Positions 1-10,667 are shown, numbered from the stretch's first letter. The stretch: DNA of 64,000 bases from Aulosira sp. ZfuVER01 (GCA_034530615.2 JAVRCV020000049.1:253459-317458); one strand, 5' to 3'. The notes: generated by a model from the letters alone, not told the origin. A program made the numbers and translations.

Positions 1-120
1 TGGTAAATGCAAGCTTTCTTCTACGGTAATTTGTAATAAATCCTTAATTAGCTCAGGAGAAGCCTCTTGTCCTCCTAATTCTAATTTAGGTTGGCTTAAA
101 TAAAGACTTTGGTCGGGCAT
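1..120 (-). CDS. VgrG/Afp8-like eCIS baseplate hub/spike protein, N-terminal 40 aa (runs off window)
   Basis: Hand translation from ATG at 120: MPDQSLYLSQPKLELGGQEASPELIKDLLQITVEESLHLP. Resembles the start of cyanobacterial VgrG-related proteins and lies directly downstream of an Afp7-like gene. Not in the ORF track. Confidence 0.75.
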   Translation of the reverse strand, partial: MPDQSLYLSQPKLELGGQEASPELIKDLLQITVEESLHLP

Positions 121-130
121 AATAAAATTA

Positions 131-178
131 ATTCGTAATACTTCGACTTCGCTCAGTACAAGTTCGTAATTCGTAATT
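131..178. repeat. TTCGTAA heptamer STRR interrupted by an SDR-like unit (CTTCGACTTCGCTCAGTACAAG)
   Basis: attcgtaat-acttcgacttcgctcagtacaag-ttcgtaattcgtaatt read directly. Confidence 0.6.
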
Positions 179-235
179 AGGAAAAAAAATCAGGGTAGAC
201 ATTGCCCATCATTTGTCAGTTTTAATTACAAATTT

Positions 236-784
236 TTAGGTTTTTCCAAGGCTGGGATGTGGCTGACGATTTTCGCCTGTAGAAGCCGATTGTCTGCCCC
301 CTGGAAGGTTATTTTTATCTACTTCTTGCAAAGCTATATCTACCATTGCTCTAACTGGTGTGCCATCAGTCAGAAACATATTTAAATTGTAGGTGAGACT
401 AGTAATTACACAATGAAAATATTCTGTTCCCCAAGTAAATATATAAACAGGTGGGCGCTTGTCTGGGTTACGTTCAATAGTTTCTACGCCTTTCTTGATA
501 ATGTCTATATATTTCATTACAGATTGTTTGGTTTCATATGTATCAAACAGTAGTTGTTTGAGGGTGAATTTGTAAGGCTCTACCCCAGAAAAATTTACTT
601 TAGGTAATAGAGTTGTTCCTCTATTACCTGGATCACTTTGCCAACTAACAGTCCGAGAAAAACTGATTTCTGTAGGATTAAACATCAATTCAATATCAGG
701 CGCTTCACTGTTATAAGCTACGAGTTTAGCTTTTACCAGTTGGGGATTTTTCTTTTGGGGAATTACAATTGTTTGATTCGCCAT
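236..784 (-). CDS. eCIS tube-initiator-like protein (Afp7/CIS_tube-like)
   Basis: MFNPTEISFSR...LLFDTYE...RPPVYIFTWG...FLTDGTPVRA motifs typical of the family. Start taken as the ATG at 784 (MANQTIV). Confidence 0.8.
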   Translation of the reverse strand: MANQTIVIPQKKNPQLVKAKLVAYNSEAPDIELMFNPTEISFSRTVSWQSDPGNRGTTLLPKVNFSGVEPYKFTLKQLLFDTYETKQSVMKYIDIIKKGVETIERNPDKRPPVYIFTWGTEYFHCVITSLTYNLNMFLTDGTPVRAMVDIALQEVDKNNLPGGRQSASTGENRQPHPSLGKT

Positions 785-826
785 TTGAATATTTCTTCTC
801 CTTTGCGGTTCGTTTTTATTAAACAA

Positions 827-3769
827 TTACCAAGGTAAGCGACCGAAATAGATACCTTGACGCTCTCGCTCAATTTCTATACGTTGTCGCAATCTGTTAT
901 ATATTTCATAGGCTAAAGCTTCCAAATTTCCAGATTCATCAGCTTCGGGAACAGCAGCAGATGGACTTTGTATGGTTTCAGTTATTGGCTGTATATCTCT
1001 AGCTATATCAGGTGCGATGACTTCTCCACCATTAGCAAAGCCTTTCGGAGAAGTTAAGGGTTTAGTAAAAATCTGTGGTGATGCTGATGATTGTAAAACT
1101 TGAGAATATTCTGGATTTTGCCAGTTAGATTCTCCACTATTAAAGTTAAAAGATGTAAATGGATCGTTGTTACCGTTGAGTAATTCTTCCACACTTGACC
1201 ATTGGGTAGGTGTTTCATAGCCTGCGTTAGTATTGGAACTCGGTTTGCGGAAAATTAATGTAGGTAATGAGTAATGAGGTGAAGGTTCCGTTTTTGCAGT
1301 GGCTTTGTTTTCTACAGTATTGAGTTGCAAAAAACTGGGTGAAGAAAGTCTATGTTTACTAATTTCTGTTCCCAACGAAGAAGGTATTAGCGAGTTAGAT
1401 TCCTCCGATGAGTGATTTTCAGAGTTTTGCCGCTGTAATGAAATGTCAGCAAAAGAATCGACTTTAGTCGGAGTCTCTGGAGTCGGTATTTCTAAACTCG
1501 GAAGAATAATATCCTCTGGTGTACCGCCAGTATTGATATGCCGAAGTATGGGAAGATTTTTTTGAGCATCATTAGCATTAACTACAAACTCCCCAGGTGT
1601 GAGCATTGCAGGTATAGTATCCGAAGAGGCTATCTGTGGATTTTCGACTGAGGACTGTGTTACTTGTCCGCCTGTTGCAAAACCTTGGGGTGCGGGTAAA
1701 TTGTTTAAGACTGTATTTTGTTCAACTTCTTTGGGAGTCTGGTCAATAAAGTTTGTCACCGCAGATGGTAAATTTGCTTCTACAGGTTGTTCGTGAGTAG
1801 CGACTTCCGGGAAAATACTTGATGCTGTTGTAAAATTTGGTGGGGTAACAAATGAAAGTGCGATCGCACTCTCATCTAGTTGAGTAACTTCTTTAGTTTC
1901 AGCTAATATAGGCGGCTTTACAACAGTCGGAATATCTGTGTTTGCTTGGCTATCATCTGGTGAGAAAACCATACTTTCCGACGCATCCCCCAAATTAACC
2001 GATTCCGCAGACTGTAATTCTGAAGGAACTATCAGGTTATCTGTAATTACAGGTGAGGTTGGCGCTAGCTGAACGGGTACATTGTTGGTGCTTTCAGTTT
2101 GTTGGGGAGTTAGATTTGCTGACGCATCCACAAAATTCACCGATTCATCAGACTGTGTTTCTGAAGAAACTATTAGTTTATCTGCAATTACAGGTGAGGT
2201 TGGCGCTAACTCAACAGGTACGTTACTGGTGCTGTCAGTTTGTCGGGAAGTCAGATTTGCTGACACATCTACAAAATTAACTGATTCCGCAGACTGTAAT
2301 TCTATCGGGTTATCTGCAATTACAGATGAAGTTGGCGCTAACTCAACAGGGATATTGCTGGTACTGTCAGTTTGTTGGGAAGCCAGATTTGCTGACGCTT
2401 CCACAAAATTCACTGATTCCGCAGACTCTAATTCTATCGGGTTATTTGCAATTACAGGTGGAGTTGGTGCTAGCTGAATGGGTACATTGCTGATAATCTC
2501 AGGTGTGGTTAGAGTTGGAATATCTTCTACGTCTAAAGCATTAATTATGGTTGAATATTCAGTGCTAAGTACAGCAGATTGTACTTCAGAGACATTTGCT
2601 AAAATATGGGATAAGTTAGGGGTTTCTTCAACACTAAGTAAAGTAGTTTTTGCTAAAGGATTGTTAGATTCTGGAAGAATATTTGAGATTAATTCAGTTG
2701 CAATTTCCCTACTTGTATGCGGTAAACCTTCTTGCTGTTGTAGAGTTAAGGCTTCTTCTTGTCTAAAAATATTTGGATTATTAGCTATCTCTTGTGGTTG
2801 TGAAGTTGGGTTAATTAGAATATTTGAGACATCAACAGCTTGTGGCGCTTCTTGTACTATAGGCTGTTCGCTATTATTTAAGTTATCAATATTAGTTATA
2901 TTAGTTTCTGCTGTTAAAATTTGAACTGAATCTTTGATAATATGTGGCGATCGCGTGATGATTTCAGGTATATTGACAGCATGAACTATTGTTGTTAACT
3001 CAGTACTAGTCACAGTAGAGCCTAAAGCATGAATCACTTGGTTTTCATCACTAGTGAAATTCTCGAACAAGACAGATCCATTGTCAACTATAGGCGGAAT
3101 TTCTAAGCTATTCAGGGGAGTAATACTAATAAAATCTCTATCATTGATACTGTTATTTACAACTGGATATGGTTGTATTTTATGCTCTTGGGTGTTTTCA
3201 GGATTAGCTAATAAAACAGCAGACTCATCTTGGCTTCCTAAGCCAATTTCATTAAAATTATTAACAACAGTAATCTCATCAAGTTGCCTATTAACTTGCT
3301 CTGTTGCAGAAATGTTAGGATTTTTTTGGGATTTATTTTTTGCTCGTGTACTACGAGATTTCTCTGTTTTTTTAGGTTTAGACTTAGCTTTAATATTTAA
3401 TTCTGGCGTAATATTATTTGGCTTACTGTTTTCTGGCTCAGATAATATATTTGGGATATCACCTTGGATATTTTCACTAACTGAATCAACTGTATCAAAT
3501 TGAATTAAGGGAAAATCAGCATTAATATACTCAGGTTCAGGAATATTAGCATCTATTAATGGATTGCTGAATGCTGGATTTTCATGAGATAGTAAAAATT
3601 GTGAGTAGGTGGCTAAAGGTACTTGATTTACTAAAGGCTTGATCGTACTGCCATGTCCATGTACAGAAATAGACTCTTTTCTTGATAAAAGTCTATGAGA
3701 ATAACCTAGAGGCTTTCTTACCCCAAGTGGTTGTAATCTAGTACCCAGTAGTGGTTGAATGATTTGCAT
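827..3769 (-). CDS. Large low-complexity eCIS-associated protein with internal 44-47 aa repeats (candidate tape-measure-like)
   Basis: 980-aa ORF between the tube and Afp7-like genes. Carries the FATGGQV...DTIPAMLTPGEFVVNA motif and a C-terminal helix EALAYEIYNRLRQRIEIERERQG. Confidence 0.65.
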   Translation of the reverse strand: MQIIQPLLGTRLQPLGVRKPLGYSHRLLSRKESISVHGHGSTIKPLVNQVPLATYSQFLLSHENPAFSNPLIDANIPEPEYINADFPLIQFDTVDSVSENIQGDIPNILSEPENSKPNNITPELNIKAKSKPKKTEKSRSTRAKNKSQKNPNISATEQVNRQLDEITVVNNFNEIGLGSQDESAVLLANPENTQEHKIQPYPVVNNSINDRDFISITPLNSLEIPPIVDNGSVLFENFTSDENQVIHALGSTVTSTELTTIVHAVNIPEIITRSPHIIKDSVQILTAETNITNIDNLNNSEQPIVQEAPQAVDVSNILINPTSQPQEIANNPNIFRQEEALTLQQQEGLPHTSREIATELISNILPESNNPLAKTTLLSVEETPNLSHILANVSEVQSAVLSTEYSTIINALDVEDIPTLTTPEIISNVPIQLAPTPPVIANNPIELESAESVNFVEASANLASQQTDSTSNIPVELAPTSSVIADNPIELQSAESVNFVDVSANLTSRQTDSTSNVPVELAPTSPVIADKLIVSSETQSDESVNFVDASANLTPQQTESTNNVPVQLAPTSPVITDNLIVPSELQSAESVNLGDASESMVFSPDDSQANTDIPTVVKPPILAETKEVTQLDESAIALSFVTPPNFTTASSIFPEVATHEQPVEANLPSAVTNFIDQTPKEVEQNTVLNNLPAPQGFATGGQVTQSSVENPQIASSDTIPAMLTPGEFVVNANDAQKNLPILRHINTGGTPEDIILPSLEIPTPETPTKVDSFADISLQRQNSENHSSEESNSLIPSSLGTEISKHRLSSPSFLQLNTVENKATAKTEPSPHYSLPTLIFRKPSSNTNAGYETPTQWSSVEELLNGNNDPFTSFNFNSGESNWQNPEYSQVLQSSASPQIFTKPLTSPKGFANGGEVIAPDIARDIQPITETIQSPSAAVPEADESGNLEALAYEIYNRLRQRIEIERERQGIYFGRLPW
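1978..2490 (-). repeat. About 3.8 tandem copies of a 132-141 bp coding repeat
   Basis: VP(I/V)(Q/E)LAPTxxVIxxxxI..ELxSAESVNFVxASANLxxxQTxSTxN repeated. The DNA copies are visibly similar. Confidence 0.9.
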
Positions 3770-3792
3770 ATCTATCGTCGGAAAATTGTAGA

Positions 3793-4317
3793 TTAATTAG
3801 ACAAGAAAAATCCCGACTTCATCTCTCGTGTTTGGGGATTACCTCCTCCTTTGGCTTTACCTAATTGCAAACCTTCATAAGCTAAAGTTAATTCTTCTAT
3901 AGCAACTGCATTACCATCTGCCTGCAAGGTTGGGGTTTTCCAAGATATAGGAATAGCCCCAATCAATGTCCAACTCATCATCGTTTCGCCACCTTGATTA
4001 AAAACAAGAATATTCACATTACGTCGAGGTGTGGCTTTGTTTTCATCAAAGACTGCATTAATCCAATTCCAAAAACCAGGGTGGTCAGTAACACCACGTT
4101 TCAGGGTGACATCGGCAAATTCTGTATGTCCTAAATAAATTCTTTGCTGGTCGTTGACACCTCCTTCAAAAAAAACATTTTTCTTCATTTGCAGACTTAA
4201 GCCCGAACATTCAGTAAAAGATGCAGCAATTGAACTATCTATTTCTACATAGAAATGATTGGTGGTGACATAATTTAACTCGTGAGAGACATTGCCGTTA
4301 TTATTGCTTCCAGCCAT
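3793..4317 (-). CDS. Phage tail tube protein (T4 gp19/Afp5-like)
   Basis: FYVEID..ASFTECSGL..EGGVN..VTLKRG..FWNW..SWTL.GA.PISW..P.L.A.GNAVAIEELTLAYEG. Confidence 0.9.
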   Translation of the reverse strand: MAGSNNNGNVSHELNYVTTNHFYVEIDSSIAASFTECSGLSLQMKKNVFFEGGVNDQQRIYLGHTEFADVTLKRGVTDHPGFWNWINAVFDENKATPRRNVNILVFNQGGETMMSWTLIGAIPISWKTPTLQADGNAVAIEELTLAYEGLQLGKAKGGGNPQTREMKSGFFLSN

Positions 4318-4556
4318 TACAACCACCTTTGATGACTATAATTATTGAACCTTTCGCGTTGATAACGTAGGTCTTCAAGTAACAGTTCATACACACGCTC
4401 AGTCAGCTTGTGCAAAAGCAATGAGTCTTTGAGGTACTTGTCGGCTGCTTTAGCCGCTTGGCTAGCGTTAGAGGTGATTGACAGCCCCGCGTAACCAACA
4501 CTACCCCCAACTTCGCCAACAGGTGTAAAAAAAGTTTGCTTGACTTCGGAGTCCAT
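4317..4556 (-). CDS. Small hypothetical protein, first gene of the eCIS segment
   Basis: 79-aa ORF whose stop overlaps the tube gene start. Its helix LTERVYELLLEDLRYQRER resembles the C-terminus of the 980-aa protein. Confidence 0.7.
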   Translation of the reverse strand: MDSEVKQTFFTPVGEVGGSVGYAGLSITSNASQAAKAADKYLKDSLLLHKLTERVYELLLEDLRYQRERFNNYSHQRWL

Positions 4557-4920
4557 AACTCAAAATAAAAAATTCATCCTAAAGTCAAGGCTAAAGGTAG
4601 TCCATCAGAATCAACACTAGCCAAAAGTCGAACTTAAATTTTGCCTGATTTAGACTTTGGCAGAATTGTTTGATAAATGCGATCGCAGTATCCTAGATAC
4701 CTCAATTGGTAAAAAATTTGCTTGCTGCTCGGGCTTGAGGAAAAAACATCAAAGAACGCATATTCGCCCAGCGCCAGAAGGCCGACACTACGCCCGTTTC
4801 CATACCTACTCTTAAGCAACCAAAACGTGGCTTCGGTTTACAACCGTCTGAAGCTTCGACCCAAAACCTTGACACGCTACTTCTTGGAAAGTGTAATTAC
4901 TAATTACGAATTAATTCCCA

Positions 4921-7900
4921 TTATTCCCAGTGATGAAATTCATCATTGGTATTGCGCAATAAAGAACTAATTTGCGCTCGGCGCGTTTCAAAGTTAGCAG
5001 CAATGGAAATTAAGACTATCCCTACGAATAAGCCCACAACCCATTTTAAGAATGGATAACGCAAACTGAAAATTACTAATTGGTAAATACTAGTAATTAA
5101 AAATGCGGCTGTACCAATGTAAAGAAATGCTCTGATTCGCAAACCCAATCCCGCAAAAATGGCGATGAGGCTGAAAATTCCCGGTATCAAGGCTGTATCT
5201 TGATTGAAAATAATTGCCCATCCGCAAATTAATCCACTAGCAAACATTCTTAAACTGTGACGAGCAGCTTTCGATTCTGGTAGCCTCAGTAGGGGATCTA
5301 TTTGGGCAATATATAAAAGCGATAAACCAATTACTGTGACATACCACAAACTATCAGTTAGGCGTAAGTCATAAAACCAGCGAAATAGTGCCCAATCAAT
5401 TAATACGACGCTGATATATGTAAACCGAATGTTATTGCCAACCTTGGCGAGGAATATATAGTAACAAGCTGCGATCGCTAAAGTAATCGGGTAAACTTTC
5501 AGGCTGGTTTCAGCTAAAATTATCAATGGAATAATATATGCTGCCGTTTGCCAAGGTCTTTTCGGCCAACCCCAATTCTCCCAAGGTAAGATGTAGAGAA
5601 AGTAGGCAACTACACAGGCGATCGCACCATTCCAAGGAATTAATGGCCCTGTTATCAAATGTCCTACTATTGTTTCGCGCCAATAAATTCTGATAGCTGC
5701 TACCTGTAATAAACCGAGATAAACCCACATCTCTGCTATGGTAATTCCTCCCAGAATACGGGAAGATGCAGAAGCACCTCTGCCTTGAAAAATCGCATAC
5801 TGAATCAAAACAACCCCTGTACCCAACCCTAACAGGCGATTTACTTGGATGGGAGCGCTAATCGCAGTGAGTAATAAAAAACTACTCCAAGCCCAGTGAA
5901 GATGGGCGATACTATTCAATTGTTGACGAGTCAGACCTAAGTAATCTAATAGCCAAGGCGATAAAATGCGATAGGCATACATAATACTAGTACCCAGAGC
6001 AGCCATAGCAATTAAGCCATCGCCATACGCGCCGCCTTTAGCTTGTGACATTTGGTAGAACAACAATTCATAGGCAGAAATTGATACGCCAATCAATCCC
6101 AAATACAACAAGGGTTTGAAGCTTTCTTGCCGTCTTCCGACACCAATGACAATCAAAGCTACACCTAAAGAACATAAACCTGTCCAGTCTTCAAATGTCT
6201 GCAAGCGTAGTAATACACTTAAGGCAGCATACATCAGTGGCAGAATGTGCAGGCTACTCTTGAGCCTTTGTGTTTGATAGCGTCGTCGCCACCATTCTCC
6301 CAAAATTTGGGTACTCAAACCTAGGGCAATATTTGCGATCGCCATATTCACAACTGAACGTCCCCAAAACCCTAGCAATTCGGCAATCAGCAATTCCAGG
6401 CACCAACCGATGCCATAAAATGCCCAATTGCTGGGTTGTCCCCAACTGCGGTAGGTGATGGCTACTAAATTTATGGCAATGGCGGTTAAATATAACCATC
6501 CCGGCGCAACAGTTCCCTGATAAACAACAAGGGAATGGATTGTCAGCAAGAATAACTCAACGCTACACAAAGCGATCGCCCATTTATCGCTGGCGGCTGC
6601 ATATATAGTTGTGAGTTCGCTACCTTGGCGAATTAAGGCTGTACGCCCTAACCATAAACTCAAAGTTGCGATCGCACCAACAATAAACCAACCTGCTAGG
6701 CTTAATTTTGCTAATCCCGGTATACCTTCCCACAGCAGCACACCAATAAAACTCAGCCCAAAGCCAATTGTAATTGCAGCTGATATTTGATATTGCAAAT
6801 AGCGTGTATTGGCAAACATCAAAACTGTAGCCACAGCCAAACCGATTAATCTAGTTCCTGGTAGCTGTAATGTTAGTAATTGGGCAACACCTACAGCCAA
6901 AATACTCAAGCTAGTACTGATAGTGCGACGCTGTGCAGTTGTGCGGCTAGCGATCCCTGTGAGTGTTAAAGGTGTAACTAGCCAAATAATTCCCCAGTGG
7001 TGGTAACTACGAACAACGCCAAACCAAGATGTTTCGGCATTTACCCAAAATAGAGCGAAACTGACAAAGGCTAGTGCTAAACCAATATGCCATGCACTAC
7101 GTCGCCATATTCCACTACTAAGGCTATATCCCCACTCCACCACCATCAAAACTAACAAAATGCTTGCCCAGATTTCTCTACCCAAACTTGGTAACAGCCA
7201 ATTAACGATTGAGCAAAGTGTCAGCACTGCCATGATATGAGTTAGGTAAAGCAAAGGAGAAGATTCTCTTTGTCTTTCTTCTCTGTCAAAGCGGCGTTTG
7301 GTGACAACTGCAAGGGTAATGGTAGAAAATAACAAATTTAGCGATCGCAATGTGGGATTTACTAAGGCGATCGTTGTTAAGACAGTTCCCAGCATCAGCG
7401 CTAACATCTCGCCAAATTCACCCAAGTCTCTTTTTTGGGCACGATAAAAGCGATCCGTCAGCGCCACTATGAAAATGATGTAAGGAAATAAAGCAACACT
7501 CAGCAAAGCCCAAGGTTCATTTTGCGACTTCGTAAGTTGCGTACCAAAAGCGATCGCTCCTTCCTGAACGCTTGCAGGTACTAACCGCCAACCTAACCAA
7601 ATAGTCTGTAAGCCAATCGCAAAAACTGCTGCTAAGTCAGTCTGTAAACTATACCTCTGCAAGCGACTGCCCACAAACTGCAAACTCAACCCACTTACAG
7701 CTATGGCTTGCCAAGGGTAGTTTGTCACTGCAACCAACCAACCCAGGAATAGTAATACACTACCAAGCCTTTCCCAGATGAGGAAGGATGAGGAGGACGA
7801 GGGGGACAAGGGAGAAGAAGAAACTGCTTCCCCGGCTCCCTGCTCTTTCACCTCCCGCTGTGCTAACCAAGTCATCAACCAGCCGCAAATCCCAATTGCT

Positions 7901-8868
7901 AACCCTAGCTGAGTGACTTCTACCTTGGCAATAAAAATTGCCCGTACTAATAGCACTACTAGAGCATAAATAATTACTGCTGCTGGTAAGTTGATGCCTA
8001 CACTAATTCGGCTACTACTTTCACTTGGTGAAGCTTCTGGAGCTTTTTGCCGATGGTAGCGATGGTGATAAATAGTAATGATAGTTGTGCCGATTGTTGC
8101 CAAATACACGGCAATTAAGGGAAAGCCTGGTAATTTCCAACCCCAATTGAGGAAAGATAGCCCCAGAATATTTACTAGTAATAATTTATCAGTGCGTAAA
8201 TTAGTAGAAAATAGGCGATTACTGAAGAGTAAAACAGTTATAGCTGTTAGTACAGGAGCTGCGATCGCAACTGCAATCCAATCCAAAGGATTCTGCCACA
8301 ACTTGAAGCTATCCATTGCCCAGAAGTTTACTGGTACTAACAACAGCGTCACCAGCAGCAATGTTTGCGCCGTTAATCTCAAGTTGTTTTGTTTAGCAGC
8401 CCAAAAGCCAAAACCCCAAAAACTTAAGGTATAAGCAAATAAAACCCCATACTGTCCAGAGGCGGGAAACTTCTCCCACTGGCTTGCGGCTAGTACCCCA
8501 GAAGATACCACCACCAGAAATACCCCTAAAAACAGCAGCCAGCGGACACTCAATTCCGCCCCCAACGACTGCAACATTGTAGTGACAAAGTTGGGTTTTG
8601 CTGGTTCTGCGGGTGGGAGTTTGCGGCTACGGGATTTTAGAGGTGCTTCCTGTAACATTTCTACAGGTAATTGTTTTACCGGATCGGAAGTTGCTTTAGC
8701 TACCTGTGGTTGCAGTACCACCGGACACACCAAAAATTCTTGGCAAATCTGCCTAACTTGGGCATCCGAGATCAAACCTAAACGCAACCATAGATCTAGC
8801 CCTTCTAATAGCTGAGGATGGGAAGATGGCAACCTGATTTCAAATTTTAGCGGGCGATCGGGTAACAT
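4921..8868 (-). CDS. Large polytopic membrane protein (DUF2157-like)
   Basis: 1315 aa with many hydrophobic helices. N-terminal WLRLGLIS..Q and WLLFLGVFLVVVSS motifs. Confidence 0.75.
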   Translation of the reverse strand: MLPDRPLKFEIRLPSSHPQLLEGLDLWLRLGLISDAQVRQICQEFLVCPVVLQPQVAKATSDPVKQLPVEMLQEAPLKSRSRKLPPAEPAKPNFVTTMLQSLGAELSVRWLLFLGVFLVVVSSGVLAASQWEKFPASGQYGVLFAYTLSFWGFGFWAAKQNNLRLTAQTLLLVTLLLVPVNFWAMDSFKLWQNPLDWIAVAIAAPVLTAITVLLFSNRLFSTNLRTDKLLLVNILGLSFLNWGWKLPGFPLIAVYLATIGTTIITIYHHRYHRQKAPEASPSESSSRISVGINLPAAVIIYALVVLLVRAIFIAKVEVTQLGLAIGICGWLMTWLAQREVKEQGAGEAVSSSPLSPSSSSSFLIWERLGSVLLFLGWLVAVTNYPWQAIAVSGLSLQFVGSRLQRYSLQTDLAAVFAIGLQTIWLGWRLVPASVQEGAIAFGTQLTKSQNEPWALLSVALFPYIIFIVALTDRFYRAQKRDLGEFGEMLALMLGTVLTTIALVNPTLRSLNLLFSTITLAVVTKRRFDREERQRESSPLLYLTHIMAVLTLCSIVNWLLPSLGREIWASILLVLMVVEWGYSLSSGIWRRSAWHIGLALAFVSFALFWVNAETSWFGVVRSYHHWGIIWLVTPLTLTGIASRTTAQRRTISTSLSILAVGVAQLLTLQLPGTRLIGLAVATVLMFANTRYLQYQISAAITIGFGLSFIGVLLWEGIPGLAKLSLAGWFIVGAIATLSLWLGRTALIRQGSELTTIYAAASDKWAIALCSVELFLLTIHSLVVYQGTVAPGWLYLTAIAINLVAITYRSWGQPSNWAFYGIGWCLELLIAELLGFWGRSVVNMAIANIALGLSTQILGEWWRRRYQTQRLKSSLHILPLMYAALSVLLRLQTFEDWTGLCSLGVALIVIGVGRRQESFKPLLYLGLIGVSISAYELLFYQMSQAKGGAYGDGLIAMAALGTSIMYAYRILSPWLLDYLGLTRQQLNSIAHLHWAWSSFLLLTAISAPIQVNRLLGLGTGVVLIQYAIFQGRGASASSRILGGITIAEMWVYLGLLQVAAIRIYWRETIVGHLITGPLIPWNGAIACVVAYFLYILPWENWGWPKRPWQTAAYIIPLIILAETSLKVYPITLAIAACYYIFLAKVGNNIRFTYISVVLIDWALFRWFYDLRLTDSLWYVTVIGLSLLYIAQIDPLLRLPESKAARHSLRMFASGLICGWAIIFNQDTALIPGIFSLIAIFAGLGLRIRAFLYIGTAAFLITSIYQLVIFSLRYPFLKWVVGLFVGIVLISIAANFETRRAQISSLLRNTNDEFHHWE

Positions 8869-9274
8869 AAGCCGCAGCCGTATAAGTATATACTTTCATC
8901 AAATATTGCTTCAAGTATATTGTGGCCTTATCTGTGCCACTTATCTAGCTGACCAATCTAAAAGTTTAAGTTCTTAATAATTAAGCAGCATTACATGAAT
9001 ATTACAAAAGTTTTTTGACGCTAAAAATCCTAATTTTATTGTTAAGCAGTTACTTGAGGATTATCCAAATGCGCTACTACAGCCTGAGTAAAATCCTTAC
9101 TCAATAATACTTTTAAGCTTGCCTCGGCTTTCTTTGCCAAAAATTATCATAGTCCTAGTTGTGATGTGTTCAGTTTTTCGAGTTATAGCACTTCTAAATG
9201 AGCTACAAACATTAATCCCCTCTTCTTCCCCTTGTCCTTTTTGTTTGGATATTAAATAGGATTGCTATATTTCT

Positions 9275-9487
9275 TTAGTATCTCTCTGGGTCTTCCTCAT
9301 CGATAAATTTGATTAATGCTATTACTTCTAGCAAACTTTTCCAAAAACCTAATCTTGGCTGTTTCTGATTAAGTTGATCTATATCAACTGTTTCTATTTC
9401 GGTATTTTCAATTGGTTGAGTACGATTTTTTTTATCTACAAAATTTTTTGTTATCTCTGTTTTAGAAATTTTATCGTTAACGTTCAC
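9275..9487 (-). CDS. Small hypothetical protein
   Basis: 70-aa ORF (GTG start) with a plausible protein composition. Confidence 0.45.
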   Translation of the reverse strand: MNVNDKISKTEITKNFVDKKNRTQPIENTEIETVDIDQLNQKQPRLGFWKSLLEVIALIKFIDEEDPERY

Positions 9488-10079
9488 GAGCTTTTGCCTC
9501 TAGCTTTCTATTTTTGGAGATGTGATTACCATTAGCTATTGAACAAACAATAGCTTCTATAACCTTAGAAGCACTCAGCATAATAGTTATCTTTATAGAA
9601 AATTTAATTATTTAATAATAGAAAATTCAACTAGCATAATAGAGTATAAATTACATAAAATTTAAGTAAACTTACTGAGATATTGCCAATATCACTCAGA
9701 TGCAAAACATGAGCGTAAATTGGTGTGCGCTCTCGCACCGTCTCAAACAGTTCTGCCTGGAACTGTTATGCTGATTCTTTTCAGCATAACCGGAATTGAT
9801 CTGTCTGAGCCAACATATAATCTTTTTTGCCCAGCAATTGGATGCTCTTTGACAGGCATCTCCACTCTTTTTTGAGGAGTAGGCAGAGGGCAGGAGGCAG
9901 AAGGCAGAAGGGAATTCTGGTTCCTGTCCTCTGCTCGTGACCCTACGGTGTACACACAAGTAGAAGCATCAACACACAAAATGTTAGGAAACGTTGCTGA
10001 GTGCAATACCCATACCCTCTTGGAACCTGATATAGATATACTACGATTAGTTTATCAAGAAATAGTATTATCTAAAGTG

Positions 10080-10667
10080 ATGGCTTTATACCCAGTTGTT
10101 ACCAATCAAGTAAGTAAAAATACTCGGCAGATTTTTACACGCAGGTCATTTTTACCAGAGCATCAAAGCCTGCTTTGGAAGATTGAAACAGGCTTTGTGC
10201 GGACTTTTACATATTTAGAAGATGGGACGACAGTGGCTTTAGGATTGTGGGGGCCAGGAGATATCATTGGTAAACATTTATCTAGGTTAGAACCATATCA
10301 AATGGAGTGCTTAACGAAAGTCGAGGCAAAAATCTTACTGATAGAAGAATGGGAACGACCTACAGAGACTTTGCTGAGTCACATTAAACAAGCTGAAGAA
10401 TTGATGGTCATTCGTAGCTATAAAAAGGTAGACACCATGCTAATCAAATTACTGGCATGGTTATCCAAAAAGTTCGGTTTAGAAGTTGAGAAAGGACGTT
10501 TGATAGATATGCGTCTAACTCATGAAGACCTTGCGGAAATATTAGGTTCTACTCGCGTTACTATTACTCGTGTTTTGGGACAATTTGAGCAGGAAGGCTT
10601 GATAGACCGTCTTTCTTTGCATCGCATTGTGCTGCGAGAAGAAGAAATTTGGTATTACGAGATTTAA
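10080..10667 (+). CDS. Crp/Fnr-family transcriptional regulator (CysR-like)
   Basis: LWKIETGFVRT..LGLWGPGDIIG and HTH RLTHEDLAEILGSTRVTITRVL. Start taken as the ATG at 10080. Confidence 0.85.
   Translation: MALYPVVTNQVSKNTRQIFTRRSFLPEHQSLLWKIETGFVRTFTYLEDGTTVALGLWGPGDIIGKHLSRLEPYQMECLTKVEAKILLIEEWERPTETLLSHIKQAEELMVIRSYKKVDTMLIKLLAWLSKKFGLEVEKGRLIDMRLTHEDLAEILGSTRVTITRVLGQFEQEGLIDRLSLHRIVLREEEIWYYEI

Noticed and set aside
1978..2490. Regularly spaced repeats as a possible CRISPR array
   Set aside because: Units are 132-141 bp, in frame within a CDS and similar over their whole length. There are no unique spacers and no cas genes.
2053..3503. Plus-strand ORFs of 75-149 aa (and similar antisense ORFs elsewhere in the track)
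   Set aside because: Antisense shadows of longer, motif-supported CDSs.
4634..4970. Short ORFs between the eCIS segment and the membrane protein as missing eCIS chaperone genes
   Set aside because: The translations show no similarity I can recognise to eCIS small proteins. Likely promoter region.
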